Shown one piece after another: positions 1 to 9,604 of a stretch of DNA of 64,000 bases; positions within the stretch are counted from its first letter, which is position 1; every line of letters begins with the position of its first letter. The notes under the pieces were generated by a model. It saw only the letters and a program-made list of their open reading frames with translations. It had not been told where the DNA came from and made no database searches. The DNA lies in assembly GCA_902491575.1 (NCBI GenBank), contig CABUID010000004.1, positions 2,627-66,626 of the forward strand, read 5' to 3'. A program made the position numbers and the translations under genes. Source of the stretch: an uncultured Bacillota bacterium (lineage in GTDB: Bacteria > Bacillota_I > Bacilli_A > RFN20 > CAG-631).

Positions 1-42
1 CTATGCACAAATTATAAGAAATGGTAAAGGCGAGATTACTGC

Positions 43-1524
43 TTGATATCCTTTAATGTCAAGCAAGATAATGATCCGTCTACAAAAGGTAAAGTTGAAA
101 AGATAGTTGATTTTGCGAAACATCAATTTTTGGATGGGAGAATTTATTATGGCTTAGATAGATTAAATCAAGAATTTATTGATTGGCTTGCTCATGAAGG
201 AAACGGAATGATTAATGATACGACCAAAAAGTCTCCTCGTGAATTATTCAAAAAGAGTAAACAAGATATAAAAAAGTTGCTCACTTATATTGATAAAAAT
301 TGCTCAAAATGCGGAGCGGTTTGTATAGAAGGGCCAAAATGGTGCGGTAAAACTTGGACTTCTGCGTTTCACTCTAATAGTGAGTTTTTAGTTGGCGATC
401 CTATGAATAACTTTTCAAATAGACAGCTTGCGGAATTAAATCCTTCTTTAATTTTACAGTGGGAAACGCCTCGTATGATTGATGAATGGCAAGAAGTTCC
501 ATCTATTTGGGATGCAACACGTGCTGAGGTGGATAAGCGCCATAAAAAAGGGCAAATAATTTTAACAGGTTCATCCACTCCTAAAACAAAAGGTATTATG
601 CATACTGGTTCTGGAAGAATTGTCAGACTTCGAATGAATACGATGTCATTATACGAATCAGGTGATTCATCAGGAAAAGTAAGTTTAAAAGAACTTTGTA
701 ATAACAATTTGACTATGCAAATGCTTGAAGAGGTCTCTCTTGAAAAACTTGCGACTTATATTGTTCGTGGTGGTTGGCCAGAAAACATTTCAGTAGATGA
801 CAGAAAAGCTCACTTGATGCCAAGAGCATATATGGAAAATGTCATAAGTGAGGATTTGAATAACCTTGATGATGGTATAGAATATGATAAGCACAAAACT
901 GCGTTGCTTCTTAGGTCACTTGCAAGAAATGAATCTACAACTGTATCAGATTCCTCTTTGCTGAAAGATATCATAGAAAAGGATAATGAATCAATGAGTA
1001 GAAACACGATTGCAAAATATCTTGATGCCTTAAGTCGTTTGTTTATCTTTAATAATCAAATGCCTTTTTCTCCAAATCTTCGTTCATCATTAAGAGTAAA
1101 ACAATCAGAAAAAAGACATTTTTCAGATCCCGCAATGGCTTGTGCTTTATTAAATATTACACCTGAAAAATTACTCGGAGATTTAAACACTTTTGGTTTT
1201 TTGTTTGAAGGATTGGTAGAACGTGATTTATCTATTTATGCTCAATCTTTCGGTGCAAAATTATTCCATTATCAAGATTATAAAGGGAATGAAATTGATG
1301 CTGTTATTGAACTTGAAAATGGCGATTGGTGTGCATTTGAAATAAAACTTGGAGCAAAGAAAATTGATGAAGGAGCTGAAAACTTGATTAAAGTTTGCAA
1401 GAATATTGAAGACAACGGAGGGAAAGCCCCTAAAATTAAGTGCGTAATATGTGGCCTTTCAAATGCAGCATATCAAAGACTTGATGGTGTTTTTGTTGTC
1501 CCCATTACTGCTTTAAAGAACTAG
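43..1524 (+). CDS. AAA ATPase of the AAA_14/DUF4143 family. The probable true start is the ATG at 208. The first ~55 codons of the ORF resemble an IS21 IstA transposase fragment read in frame.
   Basis: P-loop 'GPKWCGKTW'; 'ILTGSS...GRI' AAA_14 core; C-terminal 'YQDYKGNEIDAVIELENGDWCAFEIK' DUF4143-type nuclease-like fold. N-terminal 'LNQEFIDWLAHEGNGMINDTTKKSPRELF' resembles the IstA 'LN..WL..aNqRvHgTT..P.erF' region. The window edge prevents seeing the upstream part. Confidence 0.6.
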   Translation: MISFNVKQDNDPSTKGKVEKIVDFAKHQFLDGRIYYGLDRLNQEFIDWLAHEGNGMINDTTKKSPRELFKKSKQDIKKLLTYIDKNCSKCGAVCIEGPKWCGKTWTSAFHSNSEFLVGDPMNNFSNRQLAELNPSLILQWETPRMIDEWQEVPSIWDATRAEVDKRHKKGQIILTGSSTPKTKGIMHTGSGRIVRLRMNTMSLYESGDSSGKVSLKELCNNNLTMQMLEEVSLEKLATYIVRGGWPENISVDDRKAHLMPRAYMENVISEDLNNLDDGIEYDKHKTALLLRSLARNESTTVSDSSLLKDIIEKDNESMSRNTIAKYLDALSRLFIFNNQMPFSPNLRSSLRVKQSEKRHFSDPAMACALLNITPEKLLGDLNTFGFLFEGLVERDLSIYAQSFGAKLFHYQDYKGNEIDAVIELENGDWCAFEIKLGAKKIDEGAENLIKVCKNIEDNGGKAPKIKCVICGLSNAAYQRLDGVFVVPITALKN

Positions 1525-1559
1525 TTGAAAGCTACTGGTGCAAAAATACAAAGAGTTGT

Positions 1560-2290
1560 TGGGTTAAACTTAAAAATTGTACTGAACAGCATAAAAAAAT
1601 TCTTAATCTACAGAATATTGCTAATGGAACAATTGATTTAAATAATGAAACGATATCTAATAAAGAATATCTATATAAGATATTACTTGAAGAAGTTAAT
1701 ACCAGAAATGCTAATAAACTTAAGGATGCTAAAACAAATAACATTTGATGAAACAAGAATTACAGATGGTCTTAATTGGCAATATCTAAACTAAGAGAAT
1801 TTGACTTTGTATTAAAGAAACAAAATAGATTAGTTGGAGTTGTTTATTAGAAAAAACATTACTCGCTTCAACAATAGGAATAAATGCTCTAGAAAAAGAT
1901 GCTAAGGTAATGTATCTTACACTAGATGATTTATTATTTGAAGCTAAACTAAAAAAGAAATGCTGAAATAATGTTCTGAACGCTGATCTTATTATCGTTG
2001 ATGTGTGTTTTACCTAACACCCACTGAAGATGAACTAATTCAAATATAAGATGAATGTGGATACACATTTAATAGAGACATTAGAAAAAAGGCTTATGCA
2101 AGGTGCTCAAATTATATCACTAGCATAAGATAATAGATTCATCAGTTGGTTCAAACTTGCTTTCTTTTTAAGCCAAGCGATGAGCCTATTATCTCGTTTG
2201 AATCACGATACAAGTGTATATGAAGCTTTCTCAAAATTACTAACTTTTTATAAAAAGGGTAAGGGAAGTCAAATCTCTACTCTACGCCTT
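1560..2290 (+). pseudogene. Decayed IS21-family istB (helper ATPase) remnant, interrupted by many stops and frameshifts.
   Basis: Translated fragments 'SKLREFDFVLKKQNRLVG' (cf. IstB 'TLEEFDF.FNP'), 'LIIVDVCFT' (cf. 'LLILDELGY') and 'LLSRLNHDTSVYE' (cf. 'ILDRLLHHS.VI') appear in a consistent + orientation but across frames. No intact ORF. Confidence 0.4.
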
Positions 2291-2500
2291 GTTATATGGG
2301 ACATTAGGCGAGGGTTTCGTGTGTAAAAATTATAGTTCAAACGGTATTCTCTCATTTCTGCATCAAATTTGAGAAAAAGATTTAATTATCTAAATGCCAA
2401 AAAATCTAAAAGCAAAAAGCCTAAAAATACCCTTATTTATTAACTTTCCCCTTAAAACGAGATAATATTTAAGGGAAATATAATGATGTGAGGTGAAAAT

Positions 2501-3547
2501 ATGAGAGATTTCAATTATTCGTTAATTAGTAAAAACACATGGGATTCAGAGGTATTAGGTTATATAGCTGCTATATATAAAGAAGTTGGAAAGCAAGAAA
2601 TGTATTTAAAACAAAGATCTGAAGAATTAGAAAAACTAGTTGAAATAGCTAAAATTCAAAGTACAGAAGCTTCAAACGCTATTGAAGGTATAGTTACAAC
2701 TAATACAAGAATTAAGCAATTAGTTGAAGAAAAAACAACTCCTAAAAATAGGGCTGAAGAAGAAATTGCTGGATATCGTGACGTATTAAATATAATACAC
2801 GAAAGTTTTGATGCAATTCCATTAACTCAAAATTTTATATTACAACTTCATAAGATTGTGTATAGTCATATGAATAACCCTATGGCAGGTAGAACTAAGA
2901 ATGTTCAAAATTATATATCTGCTACATATTCTGATAGTAAAGTTGAAGTATTATTCCCACCTCTTGATCCATTTGAAACACCAGCAGTACTTGATAGAAT
3001 TTGTGAAGAATACAATAGAGTGATAGGGAATAATGAATTAGAACCATTAATTGCTATACCAGTGTTTATTCATGATTTTTTATGTATTCACCCATTTAAT
3101 GATGGAAATGGTAGAATGTCTAGATTGTTGACAACATTATTGTTGTATAGGAATGGATTCTATGTTGGTAAATTTATTTCATTAGAAGCTAAGATAGCAA
3201 AACATAAGGATTTATATTATGATGCACTAGGCGCTTCACAAGAAGGGTGGACAAAGGGAAATGATAATCCTGTTCCATTTATTAAGTACTTATTAAGTAC
3301 AATTCTTGCTGCATATAAAGACTTTGAAGATAGATTTAAAATTATTGAAGAAAAACTACCTGTTATAGATACAGTAAGAAAAGCAGTGAATAATAAAATA
3401 GGATGGTTTACAAAACAAGATATAAGAGAATTATGCCCATCAATTAGCGTTAGTTCAATAGAAGGAGCATTAAGAAAATTAATTGAACTTGGTGAAATAA
3501 GACGTGAAGGCAATGGAAAGAATAACAAATATGTCAGATTAAAATAA
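2501..3547 (+). CDS. Fic family protein (class II, AMPylation-competent motif) with a C-terminal winged-helix domain.
   Basis: Canonical Fic motif 'HPFNDGNGRMSRLL' (HxFx[D/E]GNGRxxR). N-terminal inhibitory-helix motif 'SNAIEG' ([S/T]xxxE[G/N]). SD-like 'GAGGTGAAAAT' before the ATG. Confidence 0.85.
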   Translation: MRDFNYSLISKNTWDSEVLGYIAAIYKEVGKQEMYLKQRSEELEKLVEIAKIQSTEASNAIEGIVTTNTRIKQLVEEKTTPKNRAEEEIAGYRDVLNIIHESFDAIPLTQNFILQLHKIVYSHMNNPMAGRTKNVQNYISATYSDSKVEVLFPPLDPFETPAVLDRICEEYNRVIGNNELEPLIAIPVFIHDFLCIHPFNDGNGRMSRLLTTLLLYRNGFYVGKFISLEAKIAKHKDLYYDALGASQEGWTKGNDNPVPFIKYLLSTILAAYKDFEDRFKIIEEKLPVIDTVRKAVNNKIGWFTKQDIRELCPSISVSSIEGALRKLIELGEIRREGNGKNNKYVRLK

Positions 3548-4391
3548 ACTTTCCCTTAGGTTGCATATTAAATTAAGGGGAATGCCTAAAAATAAGATTA
3601 AGCATCTATCATAATGGTAGGTGCTTTTTGCTGAGGGTGCATGTATCAAATAGACTTACCTTACACATTAAAAAATATATAGGTTTATACAAAGAAAATT
3701 GAGTAGATTTTTAAGTGTCAAACTTTTCGTATACTAAAACTAGGAGTTAATCTCTTGGTTTTTTTATTTTAAATACTATGTATAATAGTAATGAAGGAAT
3801 GTTTATATAAAATATTAGGGCGTTTAACGCCCCTGCAAAAACCTTTACAGCTAGACTGTTATTAAGATCATTCCTTCACTATAGAAATAAGTTAACTGAG
3901 AGAATCTTTGACTCCCAACTTTTTCTTTTATGTAGGCATAGATTTAAGAAAAGGTTTTGAAACTATGTGATCAAGCTGTGAGCAAAAGATCTGTGAAGAA
4001 ATAATCTATGGTGATAAAGTTCATTACAAATGTGAAGAATCAGACGATATCGATAAAATGATTAAGTAAATCTAATGAATTAAGATGAAGGTGTTATTCA
4101 TAAGGAGTAGCACTTTTTCTTTTATATTATTTGAAAGAAAAATCATAAAAAAGTTTTAATTACCAAAATTAATATAAAAGTATATTGGTAAAATTTAGAA
4201 ACTATGATAGACTTTAGTTAGAAGTTAAACATTATAAATATCTAAAAAGGGAGGGAGCACCTATGGTTTTGAATATTCGTAGGTTAGTATATCAAATTTT
4301 TTGTGCACTCCTTTTGAGTATTTTTCTTTTTAATTAATGCACAAAAACTGCTTAATTAATTGCATTATTTATCAAATGGAGAAAATTTAAT

Positions 4392-4826
4392 ATGAAAAAA
4401 ATAAAAAAATTACTTTGTTTATTTTGCAATTTGCTAGTGTTTTCTAGCTGTACAGTTGTCAATAATAAAAGTAACACAAGTATTAGTCAAGAAAAAGTAA
4501 ATATTCATTTTATTCAATATGATTTACAACAGTTTTATTTTAATGAAAAATCAGGATTTTGGGGTTATGATAAAATCTTATGGGATATAAAAGTTGAATA
4601 TGATTATAATTATTTTTTAACATATAATGAAGCTGAAAATATGATGGAAAAAAGTAATAAGTATATTCCACCTTTAAATGGGGATGGGTATTGGTCCTTT
4701 ACAAGATTATATACATCTAAAAATTTAAGAGATGATGAGCGTGGAATACACTTAGAATTTAGTAATCAATTTAATGATTGTTATTTAACACAGGATATGG
4801 AATTATATTATGGAATTTATGGATAG
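4392..4826 (+). CDS. Small lipoprotein (hypothetical).
   Basis: Signal peptide with lipobox 'LVFSSC'. Its stop lies 10 nt before the next gene, so the two are co-transcribed. Confidence 0.5.
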   Translation: MKKIKKLLCLFCNLLVFSSCTVVNNKSNTSISQEKVNIHFIQYDLQQFYFNEKSGFWGYDKILWDIKVEYDYNYFLTYNEAENMMEKSNKYIPPLNGDGYWSFTRLYTSKNLRDDERGIHLEFSNQFNDCYLTQDMELYYGIYG

Positions 4827-4835
4827 GAGAAAGAA

Positions 4836-6581
4836 ATGAAAAAAGAAATTTTATTATTAACTATATTATTAACATGCTCAATATGTACCTTAGGAAAAAA
4901 CAATAAAACTAACTTTATTGCTGAAAATAACTTTGAAAAATCATTTCAATATGATGATGGATTATACTATGCAGTAGAACCTAGTAATAGTGGTTTTAGT
5001 AAAGAAATCTATGATAATTCTTATAAAGAGTTTATTCAACCAAGACAAGTTATTCAACCAGAAACTCCAAAAACTGAAGATATTTATATTGCAAATCCAT
5101 CTTTTATGTACAAATATTACAAGAATTTAGGAGACAATATTTTAACAAATCATTTAGGAATATGTGGATATACTGCCATTGCAATGTTCTTGTCTTATTA
5201 CGATACTTATTGGAACGATGATTTTATATTAGAAAACTATGATTCTGATCAAACAAGGATTACTGAATCAACATTTAATAATTATAATCATCAATCACCA
5301 GGTGTCAAAAATACTTTATCAACTTCGCCATATATTTCTACTTTGAAAAATAAAATTAAAAAAACCGGAATAACGGATGAAGATTCTATTGAATTTAAGG
5401 AAGCCTTAGATCGTGAAATAATGACAGTAGTAAAAAAAGAAATAGATAATGATAGTTTTGCAGGAAAATTATTCTCAATTGGTATTGCGAATGGTTCAAT
5501 AACTCCCCACTATAATCTTGAAGAGTATAAATACTCTGTTGAACAACCTGATAACAGCAATATTGCAAATGAAGGTTATCTAAGTGGAATTGGTGTAAAT
5601 AATGGTATTATGAATAATGTGCTATCAGATTATATTAATAAAAATGAAAGAATTAATGGAAAAGTAAGTATTGTAACATCCAAATTAGAAAATGATAGTG
5701 CTTCAGAAAAAAATAGAATTCGTAATGAAATTGTTAACTTAGTAAAGGCGGGAAAGCCAGTCTTAATGGGTGGAGATGGGTTTGATGATAAAAATAATAA
5801 TGGAATTCAAGACAATTATGGAGAAAATGACCCAAGAAATGAAAATGGCTTTGGACATGTTGTTATAGCTTATTACTATGATATAACAACCGATACTTTA
5901 TATGGTAATATGGGATGGGGTTCTTCACAATCATTTAGAAATTTGGATGAATATTTTAATATACAAATGTCAGATTATTGGAGCTTAAATATATCAGAAG
6001 ATTTGCCACAATCCTATACAAACAATTATTATTTTACTGATAAAAACACAATTTATTGTCCTTATAAAAATAGCAAATACAATACATTAGCACCTATTGA
6101 ATATGAGTTTCCAGAAAGTTATGGAAAAGGACTTTCTATATCATCAACAATTTCACTCCCAAATTCTAATGATACTGTGGATATCGCTTTCAATAGATTT
6201 AGAACAGGCTATATTGAAAAAGAATGTATTAATCTATCACCTAGATTATTAAATGAAGGAACTGCATATTTAGAATATAAATTTTCTAAAAAAGTTAAAA
6301 GAATAAATGTTGATTTATCTTTTTGGAGTTCAACCGAATTTATTACAAGCAAAGATTCAGAGTATTTAATTCAATACTCAATAGACGGAGTTTGGTTTAC
6401 AACTAAAAATTTATGGACAGATGTAAATCTATCCAAAGATAGAAAAAAACCTACTAACGTTGAAGTAGAATTTCCTGAAAGTATTTCAAATTTTAGATTT
6501 TATGCTAAAACTGAGCCAATTGGTGATAGAAATAAAGGGAGACTCTCAATTTTCGATATGCGAATTGTTTACGATAATTAA
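4836..6581 (+). CDS. Secreted papain-fold putative cysteine peptidase (Peptidase_C39_2 / YvpB-BtrH-like) with a C-terminal beta-rich domain.
   Basis: Signal peptide 'MKKEILLLTILLTCSICTLG'. Cys motif 'NHLGICGYTAIAMFLSYYD' and His motif 'GFGHVVIAYYYD'. An N/D-rich insert lies between the catalytic residues. Confidence 0.5.
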   Translation: MKKEILLLTILLTCSICTLGKNNKTNFIAENNFEKSFQYDDGLYYAVEPSNSGFSKEIYDNSYKEFIQPRQVIQPETPKTEDIYIANPSFMYKYYKNLGDNILTNHLGICGYTAIAMFLSYYDTYWNDDFILENYDSDQTRITESTFNNYNHQSPGVKNTLSTSPYISTLKNKIKKTGITDEDSIEFKEALDREIMTVVKKEIDNDSFAGKLFSIGIANGSITPHYNLEEYKYSVEQPDNSNIANEGYLSGIGVNNGIMNNVLSDYINKNERINGKVSIVTSKLENDSASEKNRIRNEIVNLVKAGKPVLMGGDGFDDKNNNGIQDNYGENDPRNENGFGHVVIAYYYDITTDTLYGNMGWGSSQSFRNLDEYFNIQMSDYWSLNISEDLPQSYTNNYYFTDKNTIYCPYKNSKYNTLAPIEYEFPESYGKGLSISSTISLPNSNDTVDIAFNRFRTGYIEKECINLSPRLLNEGTAYLEYKFSKKVKRINVDLSFWSSTEFITSKDSEYLIQYSIDGVWFTTKNLWTDVNLSKDRKKPTNVEVEFPESISNFRFYAKTEPIGDRNKGRLSIFDMRIVYDN

Positions 6582-6598
6582 CAAAATTTAGTTTTAAA

Positions 6599-6632
6599 GG
6601 CTCACATGAAAATGTGGGCTTTTCTTTTACTT
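6599..6632 (+). terminator. Rho-independent terminator after the peptidase gene.
   Basis: 'GGCTCACATgaaaATGTGGGC' stem (one G-U pair) followed by 'TTTTCTTTT'. Confidence 0.5.
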
Positions 6633-7415
6633 AAAATACTTTGGTAAATGACTTGATAAATTTTTGCGTTAGAGTGATTAATTACACGAACTAATTTCAG
6701 TTCAGGAAAAATCATTCTTGATAGTATTCATTAGTTAAAAATTTGTTTTACTATACGCCAAGAAATGCGAATTCTAGAAGAAAATCAAAATACAGAATTG
6801 TAAATTTTCGCTATGATGTTAGTTTTAAATGAAGAAAAAAGTATGGGAAAGGTTAGAGCGGAATTAAGTAGATGAATAAAAATAAAAATCAAAAACTCAG
6901 CGTTGAAGAAAAAAATTTATTCAAAAGGAACAAGAATAGAACTTGTAAAAATTGTCTTATGTAGGTTGTAGTATAGCTGATTATGACGAAGAAGTAGGAG
7001 AAAGTGATTTTAGAGTGGCTGCAAGTAATTCCATCTTGTCGTGGACGTGGATACGGATAATATATTGTAAATCATTTGCTTTCACATTCACAAGTGCGAG
7101 CGATATTTACAACTGTGTTAGGCAAAGTAAATAACAAGATGCACCTTGAAAAAATGCATCACAAGTGTGGCTTTAATGGTAACGATGTTTGGCATGTTTT
7201 ATTGAGAAGTGATTAAATCATCTAAATTAATAAGTATTACTATTTGCATCTTATTTAGTATTTAATATGTAAACAACCTTCTGTAAAAGTTGAATATTTG
7301 CACATTTTATGATAAAATATATGTAAATAAAATAAAAAGTAGGCAAATAGGAAGAGATATGATTACAAATTTTTAAAGAATATAATGGTGCTATCATTAC
7401 TTTTAATGTATAAAA

Positions 7416-7808
7416 ATGATTGATATTTCAAAATATGTTTCTTTTGAAGAACAAATCAATTTATCAAAAGGAAATTATTATGAGTCTTTAAAATTATCAT
7501 CTATTGGTTGGCATGAAAACAATAATGATTATATTCCATTTATAGAAAACTTTCTTTTTACATTATATCTATGTTACAAAGAACTAGATAAGCGTTTTTT
7601 AACTCTTAAGAGTGGAAAAGTTAGTAAGACAAAAAGAATTGAAGAAACTATAATGGCTTCATTTTTACCAATTTCAAAAAAAGAAATAGAAAACTTGTTA
7701 CCAGATATTTCTATAACGACAATTGAAAAAGTATTATCAATTAAGCTAAAAGAAGGAAAAATCAAGAAAATTGGCACAACAAATAATGCTAAATATATAA
7801 AAAAATAG
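7416..7808 (+). pseudogene. N-terminally truncated Fic-family remnant (C-terminal winged-helix portion only).
   Basis: Its 130 aa align with residues ~215-348 of the Fic at 2501-3547 ('YIPFIENF' vs 'VPFIKYL'; '...NNAKYIKK' vs '...NNKYVRLK'). Just upstream, out of frame, 'LSLLLMYKND' matches 'LTTLLLYRNGF'. The HPFxxGNGR motif is absent. Confidence 0.5.
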
Positions 7809-8217
7809 AGGTATGCTTTTTTTCTTAAAAAGTATGCAAAAATATAGAGGTATTCAAATTGTATTAAAGTAGTATATCTTTGCTAAAAAAATTAGACTAG
7901 CACATTTGTATTGCTTTTTTCTTTTTAAGGAGTTTTTTATTGATATAAGAATAAAATTAAAAAGGCATAAATGCTACTAAGGACTTATTTACTTTGTGTT
8001 TATAAAACTGTTGGTTCATCGATTTATAAATATATATGAAATCTTAAAACATATCTTATCATTATGATTTTGAATCAAATGCAAATAATAGTCCGTTTTA
8101 TTTTTAAATATTATGCTAGATTTTATAAAAATATATTAAAACTTCATTAAGCGTATTTATCATTTTTTTCAGTTAAAACGATTATTTAAAATAATTAATC
8201 TATGAAAATTTATAGAA

Positions 8218-8607
8218 TTATTTCTTTATATAGCTAAAATATTCTTTTTTTCCTGCTAATATGTCATCATAAAATTGTTGTTTGGTATCAATATAATGAA
8301 TTGAGTTTTCTATTTCTTTTAACTGGATTAGTAAATTTTCCCTTGTCTCCTTTAAAATTTCTTTTCTTTCTGGTATGCTTGACTGTCCCATTAAGCATAA
8401 ATTCATATAATTCTTCATTTCCTTAATACTCATTCCACATTTTTTTAAACATTTTAATCCCAAAATCCAAGCAATGTCATTTTCATCAAATACCCGATAA
8501 TTATTTGAGTCTCTTTTCACATTTGGAATTAATCCTTCATTACAATAATATTTAAGTGTTTGATAATTCAAATTAACCTTTTTACAAGTTTCTTTCATAG
8601 AATACAT
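8218..8607 (-). CDS. MerR family transcriptional regulator.
   Basis: N-terminal HTH 'YSMKETCKKVNLNYQTLKYYCNEGLIPNVKRDSNNYRVFDENDIAWI' with a coiled-coil dimerisation region. Divergent from a reductase operon. Confidence 0.8.
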   Translation of the reverse strand: MYSMKETCKKVNLNYQTLKYYCNEGLIPNVKRDSNNYRVFDENDIAWILGLKCLKKCGMSIKEMKNYMNLCLMGQSSIPERKEILKETRENLLIQLKEIENSIHYIDTKQQFYDDILAGKKEYFSYIKK

Positions 8608-8706
8608 AAATTTTTCATCCTTTCTATAAAAATAAGTATTTCTCTTGACCGATAGTAACTATCGAATGATACAATTATATCATAAATATTGAAGGAGGCA
8701 ATGAAA

Positions 8707-9594
8707 ATGGATTTTGTTACACTTTATAATGGAGTAAAAATGCCTATTTTAGGATATGGTGTTTATCAAGTTTCAAAAGAAGATTGTAAAAGATGTGTAT
8801 TAGAAGCTATTGAATTAGGATATCGTTTAATTGATACTGCGCAAAGTTACTTCAATGAAGAAGAAGTAGGTGAAGCCATCTTAGAATGTAAAGTTCCTAG
8901 AAATGAATTATTTATTACAACCAAAGTTTGGATTGAACATTATGGGTATGATGAATGTAAAAAATCAGTACTTGAATCAATGAACAAGTTAAAGGTCGAC
9001 TATATTGATTTAGTTTTATTACATCAACCTTTTGGTGATTATTATGGCGCTTATAGAGCATTAGAAGATTTATACATAGAAGGGAAAATAAAAGCCATTG
9101 GTGTTTCTAATTTTTACCCTGATCGATTAGTGGATATATGCAATTTTGCTAAAATAAAACCAATGATAAACCAAATCGAAACACATCCTTTGTTTCAAAG
9201 AGAAGAAGATTTTCAATGGATGCAAAAATATGGTGTTCAACATGAAGCTTGGGCATCATTTGGCGAAGGTAGAAAAGGGTTATTTACCAATTCGATTTTA
9301 GAAAGCATTGGAAAAAAATATAACAAAACTACGGCTCAAGTGATGTTAAGATGGGCCATTCAAAGAGGTATAGTTGTTTTGCCAAAATCTATTCATATAG
9401 AAAGAATGAAGCAAAACTTTGAAGTTTTTGATTTTCAACTTAGTCAAGAGGATATGAATCAAATTCGTCAATTAGATACTCATACAAGTTCATTTTTCTC
9501 GCATCAAGATCCAGCCATGGTAGAATGGTTTACAAAAATGGTAGAAGAGAGAAAAAAGAACCAAGATCATCAAAAAGAAAAGAAAAATTGGTAG
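8707..9594 (+). CDS. Aldo/keto reductase (YtbE/2,5-diketo-D-gluconate reductase-like).
   Basis: 'LIDTAQSY..E..VGEAI', 'ITTKVW', 'IGVSNF', 'LQRGIVVLPKS' AKR signatures. GGAGG sits 8 nt upstream of the ATG at 8707; the track ORF started at a TTG inside the SD. Confidence 0.85.
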   Translation: MDFVTLYNGVKMPILGYGVYQVSKEDCKRCVLEAIELGYRLIDTAQSYFNEEEVGEAILECKVPRNELFITTKVWIEHYGYDECKKSVLESMNKLKVDYIDLVLLHQPFGDYYGAYRALEDLYIEGKIKAIGVSNFYPDRLVDICNFAKIKPMINQIETHPLFQREEDFQWMQKYGVQHEAWASFGEGRKGLFTNSILESIGKKYNKTTAQVMLRWAIQRGIVVLPKSIHIERMKQNFEVFDFQLSQEDMNQIRQLDTHTSSFFSHQDPAMVEWFTKMVEERKKNQDHQKEKKNW

Positions 9595-9604
9595 GTAATA
9601 GATA

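Noticed and set aside
369-1007. Antisense ORFs (112 aa, 65 aa) inside the ATPase gene.
   Set aside because: Shadow ORFs on the opposite strand of a well-supported CDS; low-complexity, with no SD.
1532-1756. 74-aa minus-strand ORF.
   Set aside because: Lies within the decayed IS21 istB remnant; hydrophobic low-complexity product typical of AT-rich random ORFs.
3217-3528. 103-aa antisense ORF within the Fic gene.
   Set aside because: Opposite strand of a CDS carrying a canonical Fic motif.
6952-7134. 60-aa ORF in the non-coding spacer.
   Set aside because: No SD, no conservation signal; lies in a region that appears to be decayed Fic-upstream sequence.
7803-7860. Short direct repeat 'AAAAATAGAGGTAT' (two copies) after the Fic remnant.
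   Set aside because: Only two 12-14 nt copies in AT-rich DNA; insufficient for a CRISPR or attachment-site call.
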